Position numbers and translations under genes: made by a program
DNA from: Candidatus Nomurabacteria bacterium
Lineage (GTDB): Bacteria; Patescibacteriota; Minisyncoccia; Phycocordibacterales; UBA9973
Length of the DNA stretch: 64,000 bases
Reading direction: 5' to 3'
Assembly (NCBI GenBank): GCA_052035405.1
Contig: JBPOHQ010000006.1
Coordinates: forward strand, 8,039 to 72,038
Notes under the pieces: generated by a model
What the model was told of the DNA's origin: nothing
The model's database searches: none
The model's input: only the letters and a program-made list of their open reading frames with translations
Part shown: positions 1 to 12,411 of the stretch, piece after piece
Numbering within the stretch: the stretch's first letter is position 1
Layout of the letters: each line of letters begins with the position of its first letter

Positions 1-1283
1 AAGATTTAAAAGATTTAAGTAAAGATTTAAACGAAACTGATTTAAGTAAAGAGCTTAGCGATGTAAAAATGAAGGACGGGAAGATGGTCGAAGATGCTCC
101 AATTATCAAAATTGTAGCAGTTATTTTACGTAATGCTATTGAAGGAAACGCTTCAGATATACACATAGAGCACATTGGAGAAAAAGTAAAAGTTCGTTAT
201 CGAGTTGATGGTGCACTTCATACTACTATAATGCTTCCCACAAATGTACATAGTGGTATCGTTGCTCGTGTCAAAATTCTTTCTAAACTTCACTTAGATG
301 AAAAGAGAAAACCTCAAGATGGATCATTTAGTACAAATATTGATGGACGAAAAGTAGACTTTCGTGTTTCTACAATGCCTGGGTATTATGGTGAAAAGAT
401 TGCTATCCGTATATTGGATACTGAAAAAGGTGTACGCACACTTGATCAACTTGGTCTTTCTAAGACTAACGTAGACATGGTTCGTGAAGCTATTAAGAAA
501 CCTTTTGGACTTATTTTAGTTACTGGTCCTACTGGTGCCGGAAAATCAACGACACTTTACTCTATAATGAATGAGTTGGATAAAGAAAAGAGAAATGTCG
601 TTACATTGGAAGACCCTGTGGAATACCATATGCCCGATGTGAATCAGTCTCAGGTTATGCCAGAGATCGGATACACGTTTGCTTCCGGGCTTCGTTCTAT
701 TCTTCGTCAAGACCCTGATATTATCATAGTTGGAGAAATACGCGATAAAGAAACAGCTCAACTTGCAATTCAGGCTGCTCTTACTGGACACTTAGTGCTT
801 TCGACTCTTCATACTAATAATGCTATCGGTGCTATTCCTCGTCTTGTGGACATGGGAGTTGATCCTTATCTTATTGCACCTACCCTTATATTATCTGTCG
901 CTCAACGTTTAGCTAGAGCCACCTGTCCTTCTGCTAAAAAACTTGTTCACTTGGATCCAAGTATTAAATTACAGATAGAAGAACAAATGAAGGATTTACC
1001 TGTAGAGTTTAAAAAGGATATTATAATAAAAGAAGAGATGTATGACACTACAACTTCTTCTGAGTGTCCTTCAGGAACAAGGGGTCGTATTGCTATATTT
1101 GAAATGTTTAAAATTGATAAAGAGATCCAGAATGTTATTTTAAAAAATCCGATTGAATCTGAGATTTATAAAGTTGCTAGAAAAAATGGTATGCTCATGA
1201 TGAGAGAAGATGCTATGCTAAAAGCGGTAGATGGAGTTATACCTTTTGCTGATGTATACAATTTTAGCAACGATAATGAGTAG
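1..1283 (+). CDS. pilB: Type IV pilus assembly ATPase PilB/GspE, 5'-truncated by the window start. The reading frame is open from position 3 with no upstream stop.
   Basis: Walker A GPTGAGKST, GspE-type ATPase core, C-terminal Cys tetrad (CPS...CPSG). The listed ORF start at 69 is an internal Met. Confidence 0.85.
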   Translation, partial: DLKDLSKDLNETDLSKELSDVKMKDGKMVEDAPIIKIVAVILRNAIEGNASDIHIEHIGEKVKVRYRVDGALHTTIMLPTNVHSGIVARVKILSKLHLDEKRKPQDGSFSTNIDGRKVDFRVSTMPGYYGEKIAIRILDTEKGVRTLDQLGLSKTNVDMVREAIKKPFGLILVTGPTGAGKSTTLYSIMNELDKEKRNVVTLEDPVEYHMPDVNQSQVMPEIGYTFASGLRSILRQDPDIIIVGEIRDKETAQLAIQAALTGHLVLSTLHTNNAIGAIPRLVDMGVDPYLIAPTLILSVAQRLARATCPSAKKLVHLDPSIKLQIEEQMKDLPVEFKKDIIIKEEMYDTTTSSECPSGTRGRIAIFEMFKIDKEIQNVILKNPIESEIYKVARKNGMLMMREDAMLKAVDGVIPFADVYNFSNDNE

Positions 1284-1331
1284 TGTATTTACGGTCGTTT
1301 TGTATTATAATAAAGATAATTCTAAAAATAT

Positions 1332-1739
1332 ATGGAAGGAGATAAAAAGAAAATTTTAATAGTAGATGATGATAGTTTTCTTTTAGACATGTATGCTTTC
1401 AAATTTAGTCAAAATAATTTTGAAGTACATACAGTGTCAGATGGTGCACAGGCATTAGAGAAATTAAAAGGGGGATTATTGCCTGATATTATTTTAATTG
1501 ATGTGATTATGCCTGGTATGGATGGTTTTGAGGTTTTACAAAAAGTGAACGACGATAAACTTTCTCCTAATGCTATAAAAATAATTTTATCTAATAAGAG
1601 TCAGCAAGCTGATATAGACAGAGGTAACAGTCTTGGTATTAGCGGATATATTGTCAAAGCAAATTCTACTCCTGCTGAAGTTATTGACCAAGTAATAGAG
1701 ATTTTAAGTAAAACTCAAAAAATTGTTATTCCAAAATAA
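1332..1739 (+). CDS. Single-domain response regulator receiver (CheY/PilH-like)
   Basis: ILIVDDD...DIILIDVIMPGMDG receiver motifs, located between pilB and pilT. Confidence 0.75.
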   Translation: MEGDKKKILIVDDDSFLLDMYAFKFSQNNFEVHTVSDGAQALEKLKGGLLPDIILIDVIMPGMDGFEVLQKVNDDKLSPNAIKIILSNKSQQADIDRGNSLGISGYIVKANSTPAEVIDQVIEILSKTQKIVIPK

Positions 1740-1756
1740 AATTAAATAAAATAACT

Positions 1757-2815
1757 ATGAACCATAAACAAGAAATAGAAGATCTTATTTTAACTGTAAT
1801 ACGAGAGGGTGGATCAGACCTTCATTTAGGGGGAGGTAGATCTCCAGCTATTCGTGTAGCAGGAGAACTTATATTCCTTGTTAAGCATGAACCATTTACC
1901 GCTGATGATATGGATGGCATACTAAAAGTAGTGCTCGATAAAAAAAAGTATGAGAAATTTTTAGAAACTCAAGAGATGGATTTTTCTTATGATTTTAAAG
2001 GAGAGGCTCGACTTCGAGGCAATGCTTTTTTTCAGAAAGGATTACCTAATCTAGTTTTTAGACTTATACCAAAAGTAAAAACTTTGAATGAGTTGCATTT
2101 ACCACCAGTTATTTCAGATATTGCTCGTAAAAAGCAAGGATTCTTTTTAGTTGTTGGTCCAGTAGGGCAAGGTAAGTCGACGACTCTTTCTGCGATGATA
2201 AATATAATCAACAAAGAACAGACAAAACATATTGTAACTATCGAAGATCCGATAGAATACATGTATGCACCAGATAAATCCATTATTAATCAACGAGAAG
2301 TTGGATTAGATACAAAAGATTTTCACACTGCTCTACAATCAGTTTTTCGTGAGGATGTAAACGTTATTTTGATTGGTGAGATGCGTACTCCAGAGACGAT
2401 ATCGACAGCTGTTACCGCTGCTGAGACGGGACACTTGGTGTTTTCAACTCTCCATACCAACAATGCATCGCAGACTATAGATAGAATTATTGACTCTTTT
2501 CCAGCTGGACAGCAGGACCAGATTCGCGTACAGCTTGCTTCAAGCTTACTAGGTATTTTTTCTCAGAGACTTGTGCCTAGAATTGCAGGAGGTCTTGTAC
2601 CTGCATATGAACTACTCTTAAACAACAATGCTGTTGCGAACTTAATCCGTGAAAAAAGAACCCATGAAATAGATGTTGTCATTGAAACAGGTATGGAGTC
2701 TGGTATGATTGATTTAAATCACTCATTGCTTGAATTAGTAAGAACAGGGGAAATTTCCATTGAAAATGCTTATCAATATTCACTTAACCCAAAAGGACTC
2801 GAGAGAATGCTCTAG
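1757..2815 (+). CDS. pilT: Twitching motility ATPase PilT
   Basis: Walker A GPVGQGKST, PilT-type ATPase core, about 350 aa. Confidence 0.85.
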   Translation: MNHKQEIEDLILTVIREGGSDLHLGGGRSPAIRVAGELIFLVKHEPFTADDMDGILKVVLDKKKYEKFLETQEMDFSYDFKGEARLRGNAFFQKGLPNLVFRLIPKVKTLNELHLPPVISDIARKKQGFFLVVGPVGQGKSTTLSAMINIINKEQTKHIVTIEDPIEYMYAPDKSIINQREVGLDTKDFHTALQSVFREDVNVILIGEMRTPETISTAVTAAETGHLVFSTLHTNNASQTIDRIIDSFPAGQQDQIRVQLASSLLGIFSQRLVPRIAGGLVPAYELLLNNNAVANLIREKRTHEIDVVIETGMESGMIDLNHSLLELVRTGEISIENAYQYSLNPKGLERML

Positions 2816-2821
2816 GATATT

Positions 2822-4030
2822 ATGTTATTTAAATACAAAGCAGTTGATGACAAAGGAATAAATAAAGAAGGAGAGATAGACGCTCCCAACCAGGACGTAG
2901 CTATTTCTGGTCTGCAGAGAAGAGGATTAATAATCCTTTCTATAAAAGCTTCTGAGGATGCAAAAAATTTCATGGATAAGTTTTTTACACCAAAGGTGCC
3001 CATGAAAGATGTTGTTATATTATCTAGGCAGATTGCAACACTCTTTGATGCACAAGTATCTGCTCTTAAAGCTTTTAATATGTTAGCCTCTAATGCTGAA
3101 AATAAAGTATTGGGAATGAAATTAACGCAGATAGGAGACGATTTGCAGGCAGGAGTATCAATATCAGGTTCTTTAGCTCGACACCCGGATGTTTTCTCTG
3201 ATTTTTATATAAACATGGTTAAAGCAGGAGAAGAAACAGGTAAACTAAACCAAACCTTTCTTCACTTAGCGGATTATCTCGATCGTCAATATGCACTTAC
3301 AACTAAAACACGTAATGCACTTATTTACCCAGCGTTTGTTATATTTACCTTTTTTGCAGTGATGACTGTTATGTTTGTTGTGGTTATACCTCGACTTTCT
3401 GCTATTTTGACAGAGTCTGGAGAAGCTGTTCCATTTTTTACAAAAATAGTTATTGCTGCATCTAATTTTTTTGTAAGTTATGGGTTTATCTTGGTTATAG
3501 GTATTATTCTTTTTGGTTTTTGGATATGGAGTTTGTCTCGAACTGATAAAGGTAAGGAGTTCATAGATCGAACTCGTTTATCCATACCAGCAGTTGGTAA
3601 TTTATATAGAAAGCTTTATTTATCTAGAATTGCTGACAACTTAGACACTATGCTTGTATCAGGTATCCCTATTATACGTTCGATTGATATTACTTCTGAT
3701 GTGGTAAGTAGCCGTGTTTATAAAGAATTACTAAAAGATGTTGCTGATGGTGTGAAGTCTGGTCTCGCTCTTTCTGCATCATTTGAAAAATATCCAGAAC
3801 AGATTCCAGGTATCATGGTACAAATGGTAAAAGTAGGAGAAGAGACAGGATCTCTTGGCCAAATACTTAAGACATTAGCTGATTTTTATAAGCGTGAAGT
3901 TGACGATGCAGTGGACACTCTTGTCGGTCTTATAGAACCTATAATGATAGTTGTATTAGGGCTCGGTGTCGGAGTATTGCTCGTATCTATTTTGTTACCT
4001 ATATATAATCTTGCAGGTGGTATTAGTTAA
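2822..4030 (+). CDS. pilC: Type IV pilus inner-membrane platform protein PilC/GspF
   Basis: Duplicated GspF-like domains with three TM segments, typical PilC length and position. Confidence 0.85.
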   Translation: MLFKYKAVDDKGINKEGEIDAPNQDVAISGLQRRGLIILSIKASEDAKNFMDKFFTPKVPMKDVVILSRQIATLFDAQVSALKAFNMLASNAENKVLGMKLTQIGDDLQAGVSISGSLARHPDVFSDFYINMVKAGEETGKLNQTFLHLADYLDRQYALTTKTRNALIYPAFVIFTFFAVMTVMFVVVIPRLSAILTESGEAVPFFTKIVIAASNFFVSYGFILVIGIILFGFWIWSLSRTDKGKEFIDRTRLSIPAVGNLYRKLYLSRIADNLDTMLVSGIPIIRSIDITSDVVSSRVYKELLKDVADGVKSGLALSASFEKYPEQIPGIMVQMVKVGEETGSLGQILKTLADFYKREVDDAVDTLVGLIEPIMIVVLGLGVGVLLVSILLPIYNLAGGIS

Positions 4031-4055
4031 AATTAAGGTGTGGATAACTTTACTG

Positions 4056-4185
4056 TACTTGTCTTTCTCTCAGGTATGATATAATAAGAGCATTAAAAAC
4101 AAGTCGAAGTTTCTACTTTTAAATGAGTAGATAAAAAATTATAAATTATTAATAGTTACTTGTCTCAGGTAAAATGAGACGAACA
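4056..4185 (+). promoter_or_regulatory. Tandem promoter-like direct repeat upstream of the major pilin (ACTTGTCT..CAGGTA followed by TGATATAAT and TAAAAT -10 elements)
   Basis: Two copies of TACTTGTCT(TTCTCT)CAGGTA at 4056 and 4156. An extended -10 TGATATAAT lies at 4077-4085 and TAAAAT at 4170-4175, the latter 15 nt before the ATG. Confidence 0.35.
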
Positions 4186-4189
4186 AATT

Positions 4190-4711
4190 ATGAAGAAAAT
4201 CAATTTTAAGAAAGGTTTCACACTTATAGAACTCTTGGTAGTTATTGCTATCATCGGTATCTTAGCTTCTGTTGTTCTTGCGTCACTTAACACAGCAAGA
4301 AACAAAGGAAATGATGCAGCTATCAAGGCTGATATGTCAGGAGTTCGTGCTACCGCTGAAGTTGCATATGATACTAACGGTAGTAAATACAATACTGATG
4401 GTACAACAGCTGCTAATGGTATTGACTGTGGAGCTACATTCACTGCAAACACGATCTTTGTTAACCCAAGCGTTTCTTCAGCTCTTGCACACGTAAAGAC
4501 TCAAAACGGAAACGTTGCTCTTTACTGTAACCAGAATGCTGCTGGTTCAGCATATGCTATTGCAGCTACTTTGAAGTCAGGAGGATACTGGTGTGTTGAC
4601 AGTACAGGTGTTGCAAAGGGAACACAAGGAACAGGTACTGTGTCTTACACAGCACAATCTGGTGCTACGTCTGCAGCCCTAAGTTCTTCTACAGACTACG
4701 ATTGTAACTAA
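4190..4711 (+). CDS. Type IV major pilin (PilA-like)
   Basis: Class III prepilin leader KKG|FTLIELLVVIAIIGILA with Glu at +5, and a C-terminal Cys pair. Confidence 0.8.
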   Translation: MKKINFKKGFTLIELLVVIAIIGILASVVLASLNTARNKGNDAAIKADMSGVRATAEVAYDTNGSKYNTDGTTAANGIDCGATFTANTIFVNPSVSSALAHVKTQNGNVALYCNQNAAGSAYAIAATLKSGGYWCVDSTGVAKGTQGTGTVSYTAQSGATSAALSSSTDYDCN

Positions 4712-4737
4712 ATCTGAGTTTTAGATATTTTAAAAAT

Positions 4738-4768
4738 AAAACCACCCAAAAGGGTGGTTTTATTTTTA
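4738..4768 (+). terminator. Rho-independent terminator after the first pilin
   Basis: AAACCACCC-AAAA-GGGTGGTTT hairpin followed by a T-run. Confidence 0.6.
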
Positions 4769-4829
4769 TTCTGTATGTTATAATAATAACTATATTATCA
4801 ATTATTATTTAGTTATATTTTTATTTTAT

Positions 4830-5288
4830 ATGTCTACATTTAAAAGGGAAAAAGGTTTTACACTTGTAGAACTTTTGATTGTCTTGGCTATCATAGGTAT
4901 CTTGGCTGCAATAGTTCTTGTTGCACTCAATGATTCTCGAAACAAGGGTGCTGACGGTGGAGTGAAATCAAATCTATCAAGTGCTCGATCTGTAGCAGAG
5001 GTTTACTATAATACAAATACTGGTAATCCTAATTCTTATACTTTAGTTTGTACTCTAGGTACACCAGGAGGTATCAGTGCAAATATGGTAGCAGCTATAA
5101 AATCTGCCGGACTACCTACTTATACAGTAAATGGTACTGGTACATTGACTACCGCTACTTGTAACGAAAATGGATCTTCTTGGGCTGCTGAAGTTCCTCT
5201 TAAGGTTGGTGGTATGTGGTGTGTGGACAGTACATCTAAATCATTTAAAACAAATAACACCATAGGTGCTGGTACTGTTTGTAGTTAA
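4830..5288 (+). CDS. Type IV pilin, second paralog
   Basis: EKG|FTLVELLIVLAIIGILA prepilin N-terminus and C-terminal Cys residues. Confidence 0.8.
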   Translation: MSTFKREKGFTLVELLIVLAIIGILAAIVLVALNDSRNKGADGGVKSNLSSARSVAEVYYNTNTGNPNSYTLVCTLGTPGGISANMVAAIKSAGLPTYTVNGTGTLTTATCNENGSSWAAEVPLKVGGMWCVDSTSKSFKTNNTIGAGTVCS

Positions 5289-5303
5289 TTACAAATATAA
5301 TTT

Positions 5304-6089
5304 ATGGTAATTGCACTAACAATTGTATTTTCTGTGTTGGGTCTTATCATTGGTAGTTTTTTGAATGTTGTTATTCTTAGATTAAATACTCAAAAATCTC
5401 TTGGAGGCAGAAGTGCTTGCATGTCTTGTCAAAAAACCCTATGTTGGTATGAACTTATTCCATTTTTTAGTTTTATTGCTTTAAGGGGTAGGTGTAAAAC
5501 TTGTAAAACCAAGATATCTATTCAATACCCATTAGTTGAAATTGCTGCAGGTTTTGTTTTTGGGTTACTTTTTTGGAAGTTTCAAAATATATTTTTTGAC
5601 CAAACAATTAGTTTCTCCTTAGTATATGGTTACTATGCTATTTTGTTTTCCCTTTTAATAGCAATAGTAACTTATGACATTAAACATAAAATCATACCAG
5701 ACGTGTTGTCTTTTGTGTTTGGCCTTATTTCATTTTTAGGAATTTTTATTTTTGATGGATATGTTTTTTACCTACATATTCCAACCTTTCTAGAACTTTT
5801 ATCTGGAATTATAATTGCTGTTCCTTTCGCTCTGTTATGGTTATTTTCTAAAGGGGAGTGGATGGGCCTTGGAGATGCAAAATTGATGTTGGGAATGGGT
5901 TTTATGCTTGGATTAGAAAAAGCTCTTTCCTCTCTGGTTATAGCATTTTGGTCTGGAGCAATTTTTGGAGTCCTTTTTATGGTAATCAACAAAAAAAACT
6001 TAAAGACAGAAATACCTTTTGCACCTTTCTTAGCTTTAGGTACACTGCTCGCTTTTTTTCTAGATATTTTTATTTTTAGAATTTTTTAA
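5304..6089 (+). CDS. pilD: Prepilin peptidase PilD (A24 family)
   Basis: N-terminal CxxC...CxxC zinc motif (CMSCQ...CKTCKT), multi-TM peptidase A24 body. Confidence 0.85.
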   Translation: MVIALTIVFSVLGLIIGSFLNVVILRLNTQKSLGGRSACMSCQKTLCWYELIPFFSFIALRGRCKTCKTKISIQYPLVEIAAGFVFGLLFWKFQNIFFDQTISFSLVYGYYAILFSLLIAIVTYDIKHKIIPDVLSFVFGLISFLGIFIFDGYVFYLHIPTFLELLSGIIIAVPFALLWLFSKGEWMGLGDAKLMLGMGFMLGLEKALSSLVIAFWSGAIFGVLFMVINKKNLKTEIPFAPFLALGTLLAFFLDIFIFRIF

Positions 6090-6091
6090 AA

Positions 6092-6718
6092 GTGTTAAAA
6101 ACAATGAAAAAAACAATAAATAAAACAAGAGGTATGACCTACGTTGAACTTATTGTTGTACTAAGTATTTTCTCTGTTATTTCTACAATCGTTATTTTTA
6201 ATTATAAAGAATTTCAAGCTAAAGTAGACATAAGAAATTTAGCAAATGATGTTGCTTTAAAAATAGTTCAAGCACAGAAAAATTCAACTACGGGGGATTT
6301 ATCAGACTCAATACCAACTACAATACCACCTGAAGCTTGGAAGCCATCTTATGGATTGTATTTTGACGTATCTACTCCACGTAATTTTATTTATTTTACT
6401 GATTTAAATAATACTTCAGCATGTGACGATCCAGGTTGTATACCTCCTTATACCCTCGGAGGTGAAGTAGATGAAATTATAAATATAACAGGAGGTCATG
6501 CTATTCCTTTAGATGGTCTTCAAGTAATAGGAGATGGTTGTCCAGCAACTGTGACAAACTTGAGTATTACATTTAAACGTCCTAGTTCGGGTGCAATTAT
6601 TAGTAGTAATCCACCTTTAGGTTGTACTGTGAATTATGTTTCTATTACTCTGGCTTCTGACTATGTATTTAATGCTAAGATAAGAGTGTACCCCTCAGGC
6701 AGAATTCAATTTGATTAA
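6092..6718 (+). CDS. Minor pilin / pseudopilin
   Basis: RG|MTYVELIVVLSIF prepilin-type N-terminus with Glu+5. Confidence 0.65.
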   Translation: MLKTMKKTINKTRGMTYVELIVVLSIFSVISTIVIFNYKEFQAKVDIRNLANDVALKIVQAQKNSTTGDLSDSIPTTIPPEAWKPSYGLYFDVSTPRNFIYFTDLNNTSACDDPGCIPPYTLGGEVDEIINITGGHAIPLDGLQVIGDGCPATVTNLSITFKRPSSGAIISSNPPLGCTVNYVSITLASDYVFNAKIRVYPSGRIQFD

Positions 6719-6734
6719 TTAAGAAAGTTTTTTA

Positions 6735-7343
6735 ATGAAAAAATTATTTAAAAATAATAATAGTGGTTATACGATTATAGAAACTATGATTGCTATATCT
6801 CTTTTTATTATAATCATTATGTCTGGCATGGGGGCTCTTTTGAATGCTAATTTATTGCAACATAAGTCTCAAGATATGCGTTCTATTGTAGACAATTTAA
6901 GTTTTATCATGGAAGATATATCTAGAAACCTAAGAACTGGTTATGAATATCGCTGTATTACTGATGGTAATTTTTTAACTAATTTAGAAATACCACAAAG
7001 CTGCTCTACTGGAGGGGCTATTGCCTTCGAAGAATCACAAGGGGATACCGGTATAACAAGTGATCAGTGGATCTATAAGATAGAATCTAATGATGGAGGG
7101 GTTACTTTTAATATCTTTAAATCAATTGATGGGGGTACAAATTTTGTTCAGTTAAATGGAACTGAGATAGTGATTAATTCTGTCTCGGGATTTTCCGTGT
7201 TAGGGGCAGAGGCTGCTCCCGGTAATGAACAGCAGCCCTTAGTCAATATTAGGCTTGCTGGTGAGATTTATTACAAAGATCTGATAACCCCTTTTGATTT
7301 ACAGACTTCTGTTTCTCAGAGGTTAATACAAGTTGCACCTTAA
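6735..7343 (+). CDS. Minor pilin (PilW/PilV-like)
   Basis: SG|YTIIETMIAISLF prepilin N-terminus with Glu+5. Confidence 0.65.
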   Translation: MKKLFKNNNSGYTIIETMIAISLFIIIIMSGMGALLNANLLQHKSQDMRSIVDNLSFIMEDISRNLRTGYEYRCITDGNFLTNLEIPQSCSTGGAIAFEESQGDTGITSDQWIYKIESNDGGVTFNIFKSIDGGTNFVQLNGTEIVINSVSGFSVLGAEAAPGNEQQPLVNIRLAGEIYYKDLITPFDLQTSVSQRLIQVAP

Positions 7344-7351
7344 TTTAAAAT

Positions 7352-7929
7352 ATGAATATTCTCGATCAAAAAAACAATACTGGATTTACTCTAATTGAAA
7401 CTCTTGTCGCAGTGTCTATTTTTACTGTTTCTGTTATTGCTTTAATTACGGTACTTGCTAATAGTATCTCTGATACTAATTATGCTAAAAGGAAATTGGC
7501 TGCAACCTACTTAGCTCAGGAGGGTATAGAATATGCTAGAAATATGAGAGATACTTACTTACTTTATCCTCCAGCAGCTACAGTGGGATGGGATGATTTT
7601 AAAGTTAAGCTTAGTCCTTGTGATACTGCTACTTCAGGTTCCTGTTATTTCGATGAGCAGGCATTGAATTTTACAGATCAATCTCAGCCAATAATTGATG
7701 TTTCAGTAAATGCTTGTCCGCTCTCTGTGTGTCCTAATCTTTTATATAATTCTGTGACTGGAAAATACAATTACAGTACAGGTGTTGATTCTGGTTTTCA
7801 AAGAAAGTTATATATAACAAACATAAATAATAATGAAATACAAATTGTATCGACTGTTTCTTTTTTAGAAAATAACAATACTTACGAAGTAAAGCTTTCA
7901 GAAAATTTATTTAACTGGATAAGACCATA

Positions 7930-7930
<1 letters not shown>
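7352..7930 (+). CDS. Minor pilin (PilV-like)
   Basis: TG|FTLIETLVAVSIF prepilin N-terminus with Glu+5. Confidence 0.65.
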
Positions 7931-10516
<2,586 letters not shown>

Positions 10517-10525
10517 TCAAAAAAT

Positions 10526-10735
10526 ATGGAAGGGTATAGAATAGAAAAAAATCCAAGAACCGGCAGAGACAAATTGGTTAAAATAACTGTTCCAGAACAA
10601 CCAGCCAATTTAGAAGACGAAGTTTGTGGTGTGTGTGGTAATACTGGAATTATTACAGAACTCGGTGAAGGTACTTTCTGTCACTGTCCAAAGGGTAGAA
10701 GAAAGGAAGCAGAAGAAAAAGGTATTCACGAGTAA
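10526..10735 (+). CDS. Small zinc-ribbon protein (CxxC...CxC)
   Basis: EVCGVCGNTG...FCHCPKG four-Cys arrangement, 69 aa, starts 10 bp after the ligA stop. Confidence 0.4.
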   Translation: MEGYRIEKNPRTGRDKLVKITVPEQPANLEDEVCGVCGNTGIITELGEGTFCHCPKGRRKEAEEKGIHE

Positions 10736-10796
10736 AATATTCAATACTTGAATCTTGTCTTCAGTAAGGTTGAACCTCTTTATAGATTTCAGATCA

Positions 10797-11924
10797 TTAT
10801 TCAGCGTAGATTGCTTTTGCAAATTCCTCAATGTCTAGGATTTGATTTTCTTTTTTACCGTGAACTATTATTGCATCTGTGTCTGTATTAAAACCTATCA
10901 TCGCGACAGATATCTCGCTGTTTTTTCCACTACCGAGGGTAAACTCTGCTTGTTTAACGAGCTCTACTGCATTATCCTTTGCTGCCTCAGTATCATATCC
11001 ATGTCCTGCACAACCAAGATGTTTGTCGAGTTTAGAGAAGTGGTATGTGGCTATTAAAAGAGAGTTTTTTTTATTATCTATAGCATAATCAATCCATCCA
11101 GAGATTTTATCGTAAAACGCTTTCCATCCAAAATGGAATTTAGCACCAATGTTTCGCATTGGTTGAATGATACCCATTGGAGTTTCAGTTGCGAGAGGTA
11201 AATGAATACGTCCATCCATACATTTAAGTACCATGATTTCTGTTGGATAATTTTTTCTATACACACGTCTTTGAGTTATGTTGTACGGACTTGTAAATTC
11301 TTCATGCTGGAGTCTATTGTGAGTTATAACAAACTCCCCAATAGGATTTAATTTCTTCGGAATTATGTAGCTACTTTTTGAAAATTTTTTAAGAGTGTTT
11401 TCGTCTAGGGGTTCAAAGAGACGAGTCTCCTCATTCATGATACCGACGATCATTTGGAGCCCAGAATCCACAAGGTCTTGAAATTGGTCCTCGATTATCT
11501 TTTGAGCAAAGTCGAGCAGTGAAATGGCCTTAAGCATTGAATGTCTTTTGTCTTTAAGTTCTTTGTACGATACGGAGACCATAACCAGCACACCTTTATC
11601 TTTTGGTATGCGTCCTTCTTTTAGGTTTGATTGGATAACTTTGAGCTGTGTGATAAACGGTGTGTATGGGTCGAGAGCGACGGGGTTTACGATAAGTGCG
11701 AAGTTTTCTAAATGTAACCAGTCAAAACCAGATCCAAGGCAGACAACTTGTTCCTGATGATTGACCATTGTAGGTGTGGTTTTATTTTTCTTTAATTTGT
11801 CAGAGACATGAATCACGTTTCCGTACAAGAGATGGGAAAAATCCTTGATAACCTGACTCGGAAAGTTCGGGAAAAATTCTTTGATACTATTTTCTATTTT
11901 TTGTTCACTTTGTTGTATATCCAT
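10797..11924 (-). CDS. Hypothetical protein whose C-terminal half carries a beta-carbonic-anhydrase-like zinc motif pair
   Basis: VLKCMDGRIHLP (C-x-D-x-R) and, about 65 aa later, LIATYHFSKLDKHLGCAG (H-x-x-C-x-G), the pattern of the beta-CA zinc site. The N-terminal ~170 aa are unassigned. Confidence 0.45.
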   Translation of the reverse strand: MDIQQSEQKIENSIKEFFPNFPSQVIKDFSHLLYGNVIHVSDKLKKNKTTPTMVNHQEQVVCLGSGFDWLHLENFALIVNPVALDPYTPFITQLKVIQSNLKEGRIPKDKGVLVMVSVSYKELKDKRHSMLKAISLLDFAQKIIEDQFQDLVDSGLQMIVGIMNEETRLFEPLDENTLKKFSKSSYIIPKKLNPIGEFVITHNRLQHEEFTSPYNITQRRVYRKNYPTEIMVLKCMDGRIHLPLATETPMGIIQPMRNIGAKFHFGWKAFYDKISGWIDYAIDNKKNSLLIATYHFSKLDKHLGCAGHGYDTEAAKDNAVELVKQAEFTLGSGKNSEISVAMIGFNTDTDAIIVHGKKENQILDIEEFAKAIYAE

Positions 11925-11955
11925 AATTTTATTACCTACATACTTTTAATTGAGT

Positions 11956-12042
11956 TTGAGGAGGGTAGGAGATTCGAACTCCTGGTGGTATTACCCACAC
12001 CCGCTTTCCAAGCGAGCGCACTAGACCGCTATGCGAACCCTC
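11956..12042 (-). tRNA. tRNA-Ser (anticodon GGA)
   Basis: The reverse complement folds as acceptor GGAGGGU/ACCCUCC, a 3-bp D-stem, anticodon stem CUCGC/GCGGG with loop UUGGAAA, a long variable arm (GUGG-GUAAUA-CCAC) and a T-arm AGGAG-UUCGAAU-CUCCU. CCA is not encoded. Confidence 0.8.
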
Positions 12043-12099
12043 CATAAAACCTATTGTTCTAATGTACATTAAAATAAGAAGAAATGCTATAATGTATGT

Positions 12100-12363
12100 A
12101 TGGAAACGCTTATTCATGCAGATATCTTCTTTTTTATAACCAGTGTCGCGGTGGTTGTTTTGACGTTACTCCTTATTGTAGGTCTATTTTATTTTTTGCA
12201 AATATTGAGGAATTTTAGAGATATCTCTAATACGCTTAAGAAGGGGGTAGATCATGCTTCGAACCATCTAGAAGATTTAATAGAGACCATATCTCATAAT
12301 CCTGTGTTTCGATTTCTTTTTGGTAGAAAGAAAACCAGCAAAAAACATTCAAAGAAAGAATAA
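12100..12363 (+). CDS. Small membrane protein, hypothetical
   Basis: One TM segment (FFFITSVAVVVLTLLLIVGLFYF), 87 aa. Confidence 0.3.
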   Translation: METLIHADIFFFITSVAVVVLTLLLIVGLFYFLQILRNFRDISNTLKKGVDHASNHLEDLIETISHNPVFRFLFGRKKTSKKHSKKE

Positions 12364-12411
12364 AATGGTATAATTATAAGGTGATTATTAGTTGTTAATA
12401 TAAATAAAGTC

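Noticed and set aside
1-70. Direct repeats AAGATTTAA(A/G) at the very start of the window
   Set aside because: They are in frame within the 5'-truncated pilB ORF (DLKDLSKDL...), a low-complexity coding repeat rather than a regulatory or mobile-element repeat.
10736-10796. Small palindrome ATTCAATACTTGAAT between convergent genes
   Set aside because: It has a short, AT-rich stem without a convincing U-run. It may be a weak bidirectional terminator, but that is not supportable as a feature.
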